From assembly GCA_951406725.2 (NCBI GenBank), contig OX597837.1:12462001-12526000 (forward strand): 64,000 bases of DNA, in the 5' to 3' direction. Each line of letters opens with the position of its first letter. Within the stretch, counting starts at the first letter, position 1. A program made the translations under genes and the position numbers. The notes under the pieces are model-generated. The model was not told the origin of the DNA. It did not search any database and saw nothing but the letters and a program-made list of their open reading frames with translations. Of this stretch, positions 41,206 through 54,568 are shown piece after piece. This DNA comes from Octopus vulgaris. Its lineage: Eukaryota.

Positions 41206-42245
41206 GGCCATTTAAATTATATATTAACTACTATTGATTTCTTGTATCGATGCAGGGTCACAGAATTTAGAAAATGCGGAACCGGAAAATTCTTGCCTGA
41301 ACCAAGAACGTAAATAAGACGCAGAAATTACTCCAACGACTTTATTTCTCAACTTCACCAAGTCTATCCACCAGACTTTCACTGATATTCGTCACTGAAC
41401 AATATTTCCTAAAGCTGGATCTTCAGTTCCTGGATCCTTTTAAATACATGTTGTGGATTATATGGAATTACTCAACCTGAACTCAAAACTATATTGTAAA
41501 CGAAAATAAACAGAATAATTCAGCTAAATAATCAAACAAGTCAAATAATACATATCCCATTGCAAAACATAGTTTTCAAGGAATTTACTATCATTCTGTA
41601 TAGTAGACTCCGATTTGCAAGAAATCTTGTTTAACAAAATTCCACAGAAAACTGAACAGACATATTACCATAAACAGTCGTTCAGAATATATCTTTCAAC
41701 TGTTTCTTAAATACGTGTGAGACCTTTTATCGACAGTAGACAGTTGAGTGCGGTATTACTGCCTTTTCCAAACGTTACAGATTATAGCAAATACCAGATC
41801 CTAGTCACAACTCTGAACTTTCACATTTATCGTATTTCTTCTTCGTTTACTTGACTTTGCGTGGTGTTTCCTATTTCTAAATAAACGGGAACAGAAGTAA
41901 TTTACGAAAACAATTTGAACCAACGTTTATCGATTCATGGTTTTACATTCATTGATAAAAGTCGTCCAATCTTATCGATAATCCGTTGTACCAACTTTCT
42001 CTGAAATATGAAGACACCAAACACGTCCTCACCATAATCTCCAGTGATCATAATCCATCCAGTCTAATCTACATTTAATACCAAACGAGAATAATTTATT
42101 TTATGAAATCAAGCTGAACAAAAGAAACAAATACGTTCTTAAAATTGCAGCTGACTTTTGAAGACTTAAATAATTCGGTAATTAATATACTTTCGAAAAT
42201 AAATCAAAATATTGTGAGAATCGGTAGAAATCGAAGTTATAGAAA

Positions 42246-43709
42246 ATGAATAGATTTATCAATTATCTTAAGCGTTATCTTTCATGTCGATGGAGACTAA
42301 GCTATTCCTGTGCCATTGCTTTTCTTTTGATGCAAACATTAAGAGTTGATCTAAGCATGGCTTTTGTCTGCATGTTAAAAGCACGCAATCTTACAACTAA
42401 GGGCGTTAACGTTACTGCTGATAACCAACATTGTTCTGATTTTGGTAATGATTCAATAAATCGGAATTTTGATGGAGAATTCGAATGGAGCGACACGTTA
42501 CAAGCAAACATGTTGGCTGGGTATTTCTATGGGTATATAGGGACTAATATTTTGGGTGGAATTTTAGCAGATAAATATGGTGGAAAAAGAGTTCTCGGAA
42601 TTTCACTTCTCTTAGCATCCATCTTGGCCATTCTTCACCCAAGTTTATCGCGAATTAGTGGTTATTTTACGCTTGTTCTAAGGATATTAACAGGAGTGGT
42701 ATCAGGACCGATATTCCCATCAGTTCAGTCCTTGTTTGGACGTTGGGCCCCTCCAAAGGAACTTAGTTCATTGATTGGGTTTGCATTTGGTGGCCAACAT
42801 TTAGGTACTGTTGTATGTCTTTCAATATCTGGTCTTCTTTGTGTTTATGGCTTTGATAACAGATGGGGATCGATATTCTATATATTCGGTGGGATATCAT
42901 TGCTGTTTAGTTGTTTGTGGTTTTATGTTGTTTATGACAATCCAGACGTCCACCCCACTATCAGCAAAGAAGAACTTTCTTATCTAAACAGAACTATAAA
43001 GAGTGAAAAAGTAGTTAAAAATGTACCATGGAGACAACTGCTTTCTTCACCTGCAGTTTGGGCCATTAACTTTGGCTGGTTCGCTCATAGTTGGACAGAT
43101 TTGTCCTTCCAAGTGTTGCTACCAATATATGTGAAGGATGCCTTAAACGTTGATGCAACCTCAAACGGTTTAATGTCATCTGCCCCAGCGCTTGGACAAG
43201 CGATTGCTCTACCATTGTGTGGAAAATTTGCTGATATTTTACGTTTAAAGAAATATATGTCAACTCGTTCTGTTCGAGTTGTATTCCAAACCATTGCTCT
43301 AATTAGTTCAGCATGTCTATTGATTGGCATAGGATTCCTCGAATGTGATCAAACCATTGTAATAACTATCATGTTGTTTTTCAGTGGTATATCCCTATCA
43401 TTTTCTAGTGGCGGTTCAATCGTGAGCAACGGTGACATTGCCCCAAGTTATGCTGGTATTATATTTGGAATTGCCAACGCTTTTGGAACAGTAGCCGGTA
43501 GTATTGGTACGGTGTCTGCAAAAGCTCTCACCCCAAACGGTACGCAACGAGAATGGCAGATAGTGTTTGCCTTGTATGCTGCTGTATGTGTAGCTGGTGC
43601 AATAGTGTTTGCGATATTGGCCAGAGGAGAAGTCCAAGATTGGGCACGTATAGAGGAAACTGATTCGTCTAATAAACCCCAAACCATAGATATTAGCGTA
43701 ATATCTTAG
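42246..43709 (+). CDS. SLC17/sialin-like MFS anion transporter, copy E, intact 487 aa, intronless CDS; most divergent copy, opposite strand
   Basis: Complete ORF with the same motifs (LADKYGGKRV, GRWAPPKELS, VPWRQLLSSPAVWA, DIAPSYAGIIFGIAN, EWQIVF). Confidence 0.95.
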   Translation: MNRFINYLKRYLSCRWRLSYSCAIAFLLMQTLRVDLSMAFVCMLKARNLTTKGVNVTADNQHCSDFGNDSINRNFDGEFEWSDTLQANMLAGYFYGYIGTNILGGILADKYGGKRVLGISLLLASILAILHPSLSRISGYFTLVLRILTGVVSGPIFPSVQSLFGRWAPPKELSSLIGFAFGGQHLGTVVCLSISGLLCVYGFDNRWGSIFYIFGGISLLFSCLWFYVVYDNPDVHPTISKEELSYLNRTIKSEKVVKNVPWRQLLSSPAVWAINFGWFAHSWTDLSFQVLLPIYVKDALNVDATSNGLMSSAPALGQAIALPLCGKFADILRLKKYMSTRSVRVVFQTIALISSACLLIGIGFLECDQTIVITIMLFFSGISLSFSSGGSIVSNGDIAPSYAGIIFGIANAFGTVAGSIGTVSAKALTPNGTQREWQIVFALYAAVCVAGAIVFAILARGEVQDWARIEETDSSNKPQTIDISVIS

Positions 43710-43949
43710 CAAGGGTGCACATGACTGTATAACTTATAAGTTTCTGTAAATATTTTAGTGTGTCTGGGGAGGGCCATTCTGTTTTAATGCCTTATTGACT
43801 AACACACTCACCGCTTCGGTTTCCACTCATTTACTTATTTGTTTTTCAAAATTTTCGTCGCCTCTTGCAAGCTCTTCAATAGTCGTTGACTCTGTCCGTT
43901 ACTGGACCGGCGTTTTGTTTCTTTGATCATGTAAATATGTTTGCGTGTG

Positions 43950-44310
43950 TCAAAAATGTGGTCCACCTCATTGAAGGGGCAATATACGAATTCTAGTCGG
44001 GACACACTTTTGTCATAAAAAATAACTTCACTTGCGCATCAAAGAATTTATTTTATGCCATAATGTGTGGAGGGTGCCACAAAGATTACATAGGGCAAGC
44101 GAGCCGTACCCTCAGAGAAAGGATTACAGTTCACCGCCAACAATTGAGGGATCCCACCACAAGACAGATACTACTTAGTGGGCACTTAGATCTCTGTGCA
44201 TACAAAAAGTTTTCCCACTATACCAATGCCCGGACAACACCACTGACTAAACACGAATAAATAGGGAAAATAATCTTATTCAAAAATACAGACCGCAACT
44301 CAACATAATC
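43950..44310 (+). mobile_element. Penelope-like GIY-YIG endonuclease remnant
   Basis: FVIKNNFTCASKNLFYAIMCGGCHKDYIGQASRTLRERITVHRQQLRDP...LSGHLDLC. Confidence 0.88.
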
Positions 44311-45428
44311 TAACATACCCTCAGGTACACATCCAAAACAAACACAAACAGAAACACATACAGATATACAAAATCACACACAAAATCAAAAAACAATGCA
44401 AACCTCCGACACACAAAAACAATCTAATACATAAGCATATACACATACATATGCACCCCCATACACACATACGGTTGCTCATACACACACACATAGGGAC
44501 GTGCACAGAGACACACACACTCACACCATTCTGACTTTAAAGACCCGTCTCAAAAACCATTGAACCATGACAGACTGGCCCAGAAACAAAAAATCCTTTT
44601 AATTCAACATTGCTTTCCCACCCCAACCAAACTCCACTGTCCCTTAAAGAGCAAACAATCCTTAGCTACTCACAAGATAAAACATGCCAGAAAGACAGGT
44701 TGCTTCTTCTCGAATTCTTTATAAACTCTTAAATATATCTCCTTCTGTGTATATATGTACTACCAAACAAACAAACATGATTTTCACTGAACTCCTAATA
44801 CTTTTTCTGTGAATGTAAATATATACAACCAAATAAATCTGATTTTATTGAACTCCTAATACGCTTTGTTGAATATTTTCTTAAATACTTTCTTGTAAAC
44901 TACTTTTAACGTTTTCTTATTATTATCAAAGAATGTATATATGTATTTTAATACTTTTGTGACAAACAGTACTTAACACAACAAAGTTTATACAAGTCTT
45001 GCTGTGCATTTCCACCAACAATTCACAAAAGGTTGAGGCTTAAATCATTTTCCGAAATATTCCGACAGGCTGAACCAGATCTTCCAAACACATACCATCA
45101 CAAAGGACAAATGATATTCCAAATCAATGAATATTTGTAACAAATGTCAAACGTCGCATAATAACAAGAGGACAGACATAAAAAGAACCAAATGTTGTAT
45201 ACCTGACAGAAAGATCCGTTTCCAACAGTAGCAAATTTTCACAATGAGAAGTAGCCTTCTCTATGCATTTGAAAATTTAATGTATAGAATTACATGGTCA
45301 GAATGCCGAAGCACCTACATTGCTAGAAATAAGAGTTAAAATACTCACTCAAAATAAGAGTTAAAATACTCACTCAAAATAAGAGTATATGTATATTTTA
45401 TATATTTTAATAAATTGTATTCAAGACA

Positions 45429-45507
45429 AATTCTACTGATGACCTATGGATATGTTATGTAAGTAAAATTGCATAATACATTAATAGCGAAACAATTGTC
45501 TTGAGTT
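45429..45507 (+). ncRNA. Hammerhead ribozyme motif with extended stem II
   Basis: AAUUCUA CUGAUGA c cuau..uguuauguaa/uugcauaaua..auag c GAAA CAAUUG UC UUGAGUU; C.C mismatch at the base of stem II. Confidence 0.7.
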
Positions 45508-46090
45508 AATCTACATTTTTGTTATTTTTCATTTGCCCTGCTCGTTTACGTGAAATGTTGTGCTGATTCTCCTTGGAAACAATTTTTTAGTGGTTGATAC
45601 CATAGCGGATCTATTCTTAGCGCAAGAGTCAACCATATAGTGGTCATTATTTTATATTTGTGTATATTTTATAAATATTTAGCAGAAGTAACCGAATGAC
45701 TCATGATGCGAGAGTTTCGTGCGTTGACTCTTAGCAAAATAGTCACGTGTGGAAGTCTGTGAGTTTATATAGATAGGTCGGTTGGTCGGTCGCTAGGTAG
45801 GTAGGTAGTTTCCGTACATTCGTAGCTAGCTTGCTAGCGAGAAAATATTTGCGTAAAAGAATATGTTGCTTCTTCATTGCAAACGTTGGTTACGGTAAGT
45901 CCATAACAACTATTTGGATTTGACAATATATGAACTAAACACTACTTGATATTTATATTATGGTATGTGGCATGGGATAATAACCATTTGAACTCAATAT
46001 TTACGTATAGTTTACGTATGATAATATATCACAGTAAAGTGGCGAGCAGGCAGAATCGTCAGCAAATTTTTCGTCCATCTTTACGCTCTG

Positions 46091-46280
46091 AAGGCGGCGG
46101 CCACCGCGGGGCTGCCGGCGGCTTTGACGGAAGAATGAAAGAAGCCCGGGCAAAAAGCGGGAGTAACTCCGACTCTCGCTAGAGTAGCAAGTAGTCAGTC
46201 GGTCAGTCGTACTAGTTGGAAGCAGCTACGATCGAGAGCACGAGTGTGTGTGTCCGTATGTTATTGATGAGGCGGGGTTA
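46091..46280 (+). other. GC-rich insert containing a diverged LSU rRNA helix-69-like segment, inside a decayed SINE
   Basis: 46141-46177 gaagcccgggcaaaaagcgggagtaactccgactctc versus the remembered eukaryotic 28S GAAGCGCGGGTAAACGGCGGGAGTAACTATGACTCTC (31/37). Confidence 0.5.
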
Positions 46281-46546
46281 AATATGGGTTTTATCCCCTC
46301 GGGGTAGATAAAGCACAATATGGCTGTACTGTACTGGGGTCGATGTATTGGGCTTTCTCTGTCTAGCCTTGTGTCTAATTTTCAAAGAATTATCTCAGAA
46401 GCTTCTTGTAAATTTTTATTAGTTTTTGTTTTTGTTACTGGTATCGTAATCGTGACCATGCCAATGAAGAAGTATTCAACAATGAAATTGAACATTATTT
46501 ACATTATTTACATTCGACGGATATTTGTCCTCATCTTGTTTGTTGT

Positions 46547-46594
46547 TAACACAACGTTTCGGGTGATATACCCTCCAGCCTTCATCAGGAGTCA
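46547..46594 (-). ncRNA. Minimal hammerhead ribozyme (inverted arm, weakened stems)
   Basis: ugacuc CUGAUGA aggcuggaggguauaucaccc GAAA cguu guguua. Confidence 0.6.
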
Positions 46595-46781
46595 TGGGGA
46601 AATTTCGAACCTGGGATCTCATTCGTAAGGTATTTTTCGATGTTATGGCCTAGTGGTTAAGAGCGCCGGCTACTAACCTCAAGATTCCGATTTCGATTCC
46701 AGGCAGTGACATGAACAACAACAACAACAACAACATCGAAAAATACCTTAAGAATGAGAACCCAGGTTCGAAATTTCCCAA

Positions 46782-46829
46782 TGACACCTGATGAAGGCTG
46801 GATGGTATCTCAGCCGAAACGTTGTGTTA
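46782..46829 (+). ncRNA. Minimal hammerhead ribozyme
   Basis: UGACAC CUGAUGA a GGCUG..CAGCC GAAA CGUU GUGUUA: stem I UGACAC/GUGUUA, stem II GGCUG/CAGCC, palindrome AACGUU. Confidence 0.78.
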
Positions 46830-46959
46830 ACAACAAACAAGATGAGGACAAATATTCATCAAATATAAATAATGTACATTTATCAAAATTTATCTCTGGC
46901 ATAATGAAATTAAAATATATTTCACAGTCACACACGTCTCAGGTTTCCTTTGTGGTTCA

Positions 46960-47023
<64 letters not shown>

Positions 47024-47161
47024 TTTTTTAATTTGGTTTGCAAGATTCTTTATGTGAGTTCGTGTGTTGAAGCCTATTCTGTTGTATTTGGGGAGAGTCA
47101 TTTTCTTTTTTTGCCTTATAATTTAGCACATTCACCGGTAAAATTTCCACTTATTTCTTAT

Positions 47162-47212
47162 TTGTCCAATTGAATGGGCAGACGACATTAAACCGTTGGA
47201 TGTGATTTCAAT
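47162..47212 (-). pseudogene. 51-nt SLC17 coding shard
   Basis: IEITSNGLMSSAHSIGQ versus VDATSNGLMSSAPALGQ (E) and INVISNGLMSSAPSFGL (A). Confidence 0.75.
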
Positions 47213-47376
47213 TTTCCGCTTCATCGGGGAATTACCTCCCTTTGCAGGATAAGGACACCGTGACGGTGTCGAGCTTTCTGGTGACGTCGATGTTCGCCTG
47301 GGGCTAAATGCAACAGTAACACCCCCACCACCCTGCCCTGTCCCTAGCCATATTCAGATGGCTTTAGTCCCTTATG

Positions 47377-47448
<72 letters not shown>

Positions 47449-47787
47449 GCAAATAAAAGCATGCGTCCTCACGCACATCCACAAAGGGGTTAAACGCGTT
47501 AGGGAAAGAACACAAATTTATTAGCAAACATATGTTCGCGCTAACAGATGCATCCACGCACGTATCTGCATTCATAAATGCACAACATGTGGTCTCACCT
47601 AAAGCAATGAATGATAATTTCATCATTTATAAAAGTGAACATGAAATGACACATTTGATAATGGCACTATGTGAACAATGTACTTGGTTGTATAATTTCA
47701 TCCAGTATATACTACCAGAAATCCTATATCACAAGGTAGATCACATTAGGTATATAATGTGGCTCCAATGAGAACATAAGAACTTCT

Positions 47788-47864
<77 letters not shown>

Positions 47865-47900
47865 TAATTATATATATATTAATTATATATATATAATAAT

Positions 47901-47953
<53 letters not shown>

Positions 47954-48456
47954 GTAAACAAAGTCAAATACGATACAATAAAATAAATTATTATCGCTGG
48001 TGTTCTAGGACACGCCATATATTATTCATATATAAGTACATTAAAAGGCGAAGTGTGTACTAGATACACAAAAGCTGGATAAATTTAATGAGATGAAAAT
48101 TTAAAACTTTTACAAACTTAGTTCTTCTTAGACTGCAGTTTCGCCTATTTCAGCAATAAAAATAATATTTATTTACTCAGGTAGGCTCTTCAGTAAGATT
48201 CCTGTTATTATGGGAAGCGCACATTAATAGAGGCACATGCGTCTATTAAATTGCTCTTTCTAAACTATTCAAATCACTGCGCAGACTCAGAACGTACCCG
48301 ACAAAATAGGGTTTTCTGGTATATCGTCTAACGCTCAAAAATTTATCGAGAAAATACGTAAACAAAGTCAAATGCGATACAATAAAATAAATTATTATCG
48401 CTGGTGTTCTAGGACACGCCATATATTATTCATATATAAGTACATTAAAAGGCGAA

Positions 48457-48458
<2 letters not shown>
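47954..48458 (-). mobile_element. (TA)n-inserted ~404-nt HHR unit plus ~100-nt terminal redundancy (retrozyme/pLTR-like)
   Basis: gtaaacaaagtcaaat...ggcgaagt occurs at 47954 and again at 48358; (TA)n on both sides. Confidence 0.85.
48126..48198 (-). ncRNA. Canonical-core type I hammerhead ribozyme
   Basis: UCUUA CUGAAGA GCCUA...UAGGC GAAA CUGCAG UC UAAGA: all core bases present, G-C first pair of stem II, GUC triplet, predicted cut between 48131 and 48130. Confidence 0.88.
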
Positions 48459-48496
<38 letters not shown>

Positions 48497-48870
48497 TATA
48501 TTAAATTAGAGACAAAACCACTATTATGCAAATCAAACAAAGAAAGACTTAAGCCAATACATAAAATAATTTATATAAATTAAATTTAATTAAAATAACC
48601 ACTACGAATTTAATATAATATAATATTTTACTATAAAATTGGATTCAATCCTAAATCTGATTTTTCCCTGTAAATTTGGATTTATTCCCTAATATTTATT
48701 ATTATATATATACATACATATATAAATATATATATAATAATTATATATATATATGTGCGTGTGTGTGTGTGTATGTTATGCGTGTATATCTATATGACTA
48801 TGTGAATATATTCATATGTGTGTGTACGTGCGTGTATGTGTGTGTGTGTATGTGTGCATGTATATGTATA

Positions 48871-50008
48871 TATTGGGTTGGCAACTGAGTTCCCGCCGTT
48901 TTTTCAATTTTGGAATTTATTGCGTTTTTAAATTTTGGAATCCATTTTTTTTCGAGAATTATATTTTTGAATTATTTTTCTAGTTAATTTTAGTTAAATG
49001 TTTTCAGATCATTAAAATGGAATGTGAAGTTAAGAAAAACGAGCATTTTCGACACCTCCTTCTTTTTGCTTTTAATCAAGGTTCTAATGCCGCAAAAACT
49101 GCTCGCGACATTTGTGCTGTGCATGGAGAGGGTTCCATAGCTGAAAGAACCGCTCGTGATTGGTATGCCATGTTCAAAAATGGAAAACGCACCTCGTTCT
49201 GACCGTCCACTCGAGTTCGATGAAGAGCGATTAAACCAACTTTTGCACGAAAATTCTCGTCAAACGATAAGGGAACTGGCAGAGAAAATGGTATGCTCCC
49301 ACACTGCTATAGAAAGGCATCTTCACTCGATGGGAAAAGTTCCGAAGTATGGAGCATGGGTTCCGCATGCTTTAAGTGACAACAACAAAAATCAACGAGC
49401 CACAATCTCCGCTGGATTGCTGGATTGCTCATGGACACAAGAAACGATTTCTTTACCGAATCGTTACTGGCGACGAAAAATGGTGTCTGTACATCAATAT
49501 GAAGCAGCATGAGGAATGGCTTAGCCCCGGTAAACAAGCGACACCGCGCATGAAACAAGATCTTCATCCGCGTAAAACGATGTTGTGCGTATGGTGGGAC
49601 TGGGAAGGGATTATCCATTATGAGTTGCTTGAACGGAAGCAAACGGTCAACGTGGAACTCTATGTTCAACAGATGGAGCGACTCAACACGGCTATTCAAG
49701 AGAAAAGACCTAATCGTCAGCATGGAGTTCTTCTGCTGCACGACAACGCCCGCCCTCATATCGCCTATATGACCAAGGAAGCCTTTCAAACGCATGGCTG
49801 GGAAGTGCTGCCACATCCGCCGTACTCTCCTGATTTGGCACCAACAGATTACTGCCTCTTTCGGTCTCTTTCAAATGCTGTGCGCGGAGTTTCGTTCAAT
49901 ATTGATGCAGAATTGAGAGCTTGGTTGGATCAATTTTTCTAGTCGATCGGGTGATTTCTACCAACGAGGTATTGAAAATCCGGTTGAACGTTGGAAAGAA
50001 GTTGTATA
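48871..50008 (+). mobile_element. Mariner transposon, frameshifted DD34D transposase, right end lost in microsatellite
   Basis: Left end tattgggttggcaactgagttcccgcc; motifs WVPHAL, IVTGDEKW, LLHDNARPH, HPPYSPDLAPTDY. Confidence 0.93.
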
Positions 50009-50590
<582 letters not shown>

Positions 50591-53126
50591 TGACATTAAG
50601 CACATGAAATTTGAAAGTGTGATTCAGTTATGAACAAAGAAATAGACCTTCACCTCGGCGCTGGACCTCTGAGTTATTCAATTCTAATGGATAAAGTACT
50701 TGCGTCCAAACTTTCACAACTGGTACGACTGTACGAATTCTTTTTTTGTGAAGTATTTTGCCTCTTTAATATTTGAAATGCAAAATGAAAAGGAAAACTC
50801 ATTTCTATTCGTTTCTTGTTTTCAGTCTCATCTTATTTGATATTTTCTTAGGGGGCATTTTTTCTTAAGAATGTTCGAAATTCCACAACTAATAAGTAGT
50901 TTTGAAATTTCAAACACCGTGTCATATAATGTTACGTAATATAACATACACGCTCACATATCCACAGACACACATCCACACACGCAAAGACACACACACA
51001 AACTCACAAACACACACACACACACACACTCATATGAAGGACAACAACAACAAGCAGCTTATTTTCAGTAGTGATAATAGATCCTTTTATTACTGATACC
51101 AAAGCATTTACAAACGCTCAAGAAGACATTATACAGAGCATGCAACATATATTTGTAAGTCGAACACGTTTTTATTCTACTCTATGATCTTATATGGTTT
51201 CCTTTCGTCCACTGCCAAAGGGGTGGGCGTCATTATGGAATACAATCCTATTAATTTGCGAAGACCTTTGAGCCAGAACAGCGATGTTATACTATTAATA
51301 ATTGGACATGCTCTAATTAGCATACAAATTAAAGACAAGATGAATAGATAATTATGTAAAGACGCAACGAAATGAAAAACTAGGTAATTAATGAAAATTA
51401 TACTAAAGATGTAGGACAACTCATTGAGTGATAGGTGCGTCGCCACCAGATAATTTTGAGTCGGAACATTCTCCAAAATATGTCTCTTGCACACCATTAA
51501 TCCGCCAAAGCCGAAGGCAGCCATGAGAATTTTTTCATATCGGACTAAACAAATAATCACACGTACCCTAGAAAAAATTAAGGATTCGCATTGTATCGAA
51601 TGCTTGTGTGGATATATTAAATATAACACAGAATAAATAATTTATTTATTGAAAATATATCCGCTCTTGGGACAATCATTTGGTGGTAATTCGGATGAAG
51701 TTCAAACGGAGAGCGGAGATAATCTCAAGAATTAAGATTTCCTCAAAACTGTCATGATTTTAATACGAAAATGATCTGATTGTCTGGAAACAAAAAGTGT
51801 TGTGGAGATCTGAACCTCAATAGCACAACGGTTACATAGGCTTGTCTGTAACAAAGACAATTAGTATTGAGACCCACAGAATGTAGGTTATGAAAAGATT
51901 AAGACCTTAGATGTTGGAGTACATAAAACGTAGTGTTAATAGCAACGTTTTACGCTGGCTAAAGGCGGGTATTTCAGAAAAAGTCGAATAAGGGTACATT
52001 AATTGCCATATAATACGCATTCTTGATATAAGGAAATTAGATCAGTTTCCGACGCTTGGTGAGTTCAGATTGAAATGTGAGATAACAGCGAGAATCAAGC
52101 GTTCTTTACACTTGACATGATATCAAAAATGGGTGCGTGTCGTAGTATGGGCAGAAAAGGTTAGCTGACTATCCGTGTTTCTATATATGTCAAAGACAAG
52201 GCCAGGAAATACCGAGACGATCATGTCTATTGACGACAATCTAGCAGGTAATATGTTCGACACTCTAATTGAAATGTTAACTCGGAAATATTATTAAACA
52301 TATTAATTGTATCCGTATCGTTCGGATTAACAGCCGATCGAGATTCTTCCGAAAGTGTCCAAATCTTTTCGAGTGCATCCAACGTATCTCAGCTCCAAAG
52401 ATTTGGCTGCTATTTCTAGCACGCCCTGCTACCACGTAACAACTATTTGCGATATAGGACCCGAAATACCTGTTACGGGGTAGCAGAGCGTCCAAGAAAT
52501 AGAAACCAAATCTTTCTTTTTCTGGGAGGAGACGTTTACGCGTGATTTCGGTGACACATTCGTTGAAAGCATGCGAAATAACCTGGAAAAGAAAAAAGCC
52601 CAAGAAAAAAACTCAGACTTTCCAGGTGAACCAATGGGTTGCGAGTAATCTAGTACACACATACAAATATATTTATAAAGGATATAATTAAAATACAACA
52701 TAAATGATTCATTTGCTGAAGGTATATTATACATATGGTAGAACGTTCGCTTGGTGGTAATTGAGATTAACTTGAAACGGAAAGCGGAGATAATCTCGAG
52801 AATTAACAAAGACATGTCGTTAAAGAAAAAAATAATCTGATTAATACTGGAGGGAATAGGACGGCTATGTAGGCGTGTTTCTGCCTCAATTAGCTTCATC
52901 ATTACATGAGTTAGACTAATTGCTTTGTGGAAGATAAGACGCCCTGTAAATGACCAACGACCCATGTTTCTATGTATTTGTCAGTCATTCGTTCTGTTAT
53001 GGACAAGGAAAGGAAATGCTGAGCCGGTAACTCTTACCCAGGAACAAATACTAAACAATGGTAATGTCTCCACTTCTCTAATTAAAATGCTAGTTGGGAA
53101 ACATTAATGAACAATTTTATTTATAT

Positions 53127-54568
53127 TTACGTCGCCGCATTACGACATGATCCGGGTTCTTGTGGTTTTGCCCAAATTTGGATTTCTCCTCTTGCCAGTA
53201 TTGCAAAGATTATTGCTCCAGATACACATATAGCAGCACATAAGGCAAACACGATCTGCCATTCTTCGAGTGTACCGTTTGGGGTTAAAGCGTCAATAGT
53301 TAAGGAAGCGGTACCGCCAGCTATTGAAGATAGAGTGTTCGCAATTCCAAATATAATACCACAATAACTTGGAGCAATGTCATTGCTGTTGACGATAACA
53401 CCACCACTGACAAATGATAAAGTCATACCACTGAGAAACAAGAGGAAAATTATTAGAATGGTTTGGTTACATTTGAGGAGTCCTATGGCAATCAAGAGAG
53501 ATGCTGAAGCAACCATAGAAATGGTTTGGAATAGGACTCTAACAGAACGAGTTGACAGACATTTCTTCGAACGCACAAAATCGGCAAATTTTCCACATAG
53601 AGGGAAACCAATCATTAGACCAAACGAAGGAGCGGATGACATTAAACCATTGGATATTACATTAATGCTTAAGGCTTCTTTCAGATATAGTGGTAGCAAC
53701 ACCTGAACAAATGTCTCCATCCATCCATAAGCTTGCAAACTGAAAATAATGGCCCAAACTGCAGGTGAAGAAAGCAGCCGTTTCCAAGGTACATTTTTAA
53801 CAACTTTTTCACTTATTGTAGTTCTGTTTATGTAAGAACGTTCTTCTTCGCTGATAGTGGGATGGACGTCTGGATTATCGTAAACCACATAAAACCACAC
53901 ACAGCAAAACAGCAACGATATTCCACCGAATACATAAAATATGGAACCCCATCCATTATCAAATCCATATACACAGAGGTAACCAGATATAGAAAGACCT
54001 ACAATGTTACCTAGGAACTGACCAGCAAATGTAAACCCAACGAATACAGAAATTTCACTTGAAGGGCACCAATGTCCAAATAAGGACTGAATTGCTGGGA
54101 ATAAGGGTCCTGATGCTACGCCTGTTAAGATCCTTAGTACAAGCGTAAAGTAACCGCTAATTCGAGACAAACTTGGGTATAAAAGTGTAAGAATGGATGC
54201 TGAGAGAATCGAACCCCTAGAACTCGTTTCCCACCGTATTTGTCTGCCAATAAACCGCCGAGAAAATTAGTTGCCGTATATCCATAGAAGAACCCAGCCA
54301 GGATGTTCGATTGTAATGTGTCACTCCAATGTAATTCTCCTTCAAAAGTTTGATTCATTGAATAATTTTCTGAACCGGAACAGTGTTGGTTGCTTGTAGA
54401 ATTGTTAACTTCCTCAGTCGTACTATTCGGTGTTTTCAACAAACACACAAGAGCCATACTGATATCAACTCTTAATGTTTGCATCAAAATCAAAGCAATA
54501 GTACAGGCATAACATAATCTCCATCGACATGAATAATAACGCTTAATCCAGTTGGCAAATCCAGGCAT
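53127..54568 (-). CDS. SLC17/sialin-like copy A'; one -1 frameshift in a C-run at 54214-54217 (pseudogene or sequencing error)
   Basis: gaacccctag versus gaaccccctag in A, B, C and C'; otherwise full length; ATG at 54568. Confidence 0.92.

Larger units (their letters stand above)
46500..46876. mobile_element. Inverted-repeat element: HHR arm (-), tRNA-like head, (AAC)n, HHR arm (+)
   Basis: 46500-46645 is the reverse complement of 46732-46876; the spacer contains tggcctagtggttaag...tttcgattcc. Confidence 0.8.

Noticed and set aside
46646-46710. tRNA gene
   Set aside because: No acceptor stem and an imperfect T-arm; interpreted as a SINE-type head.
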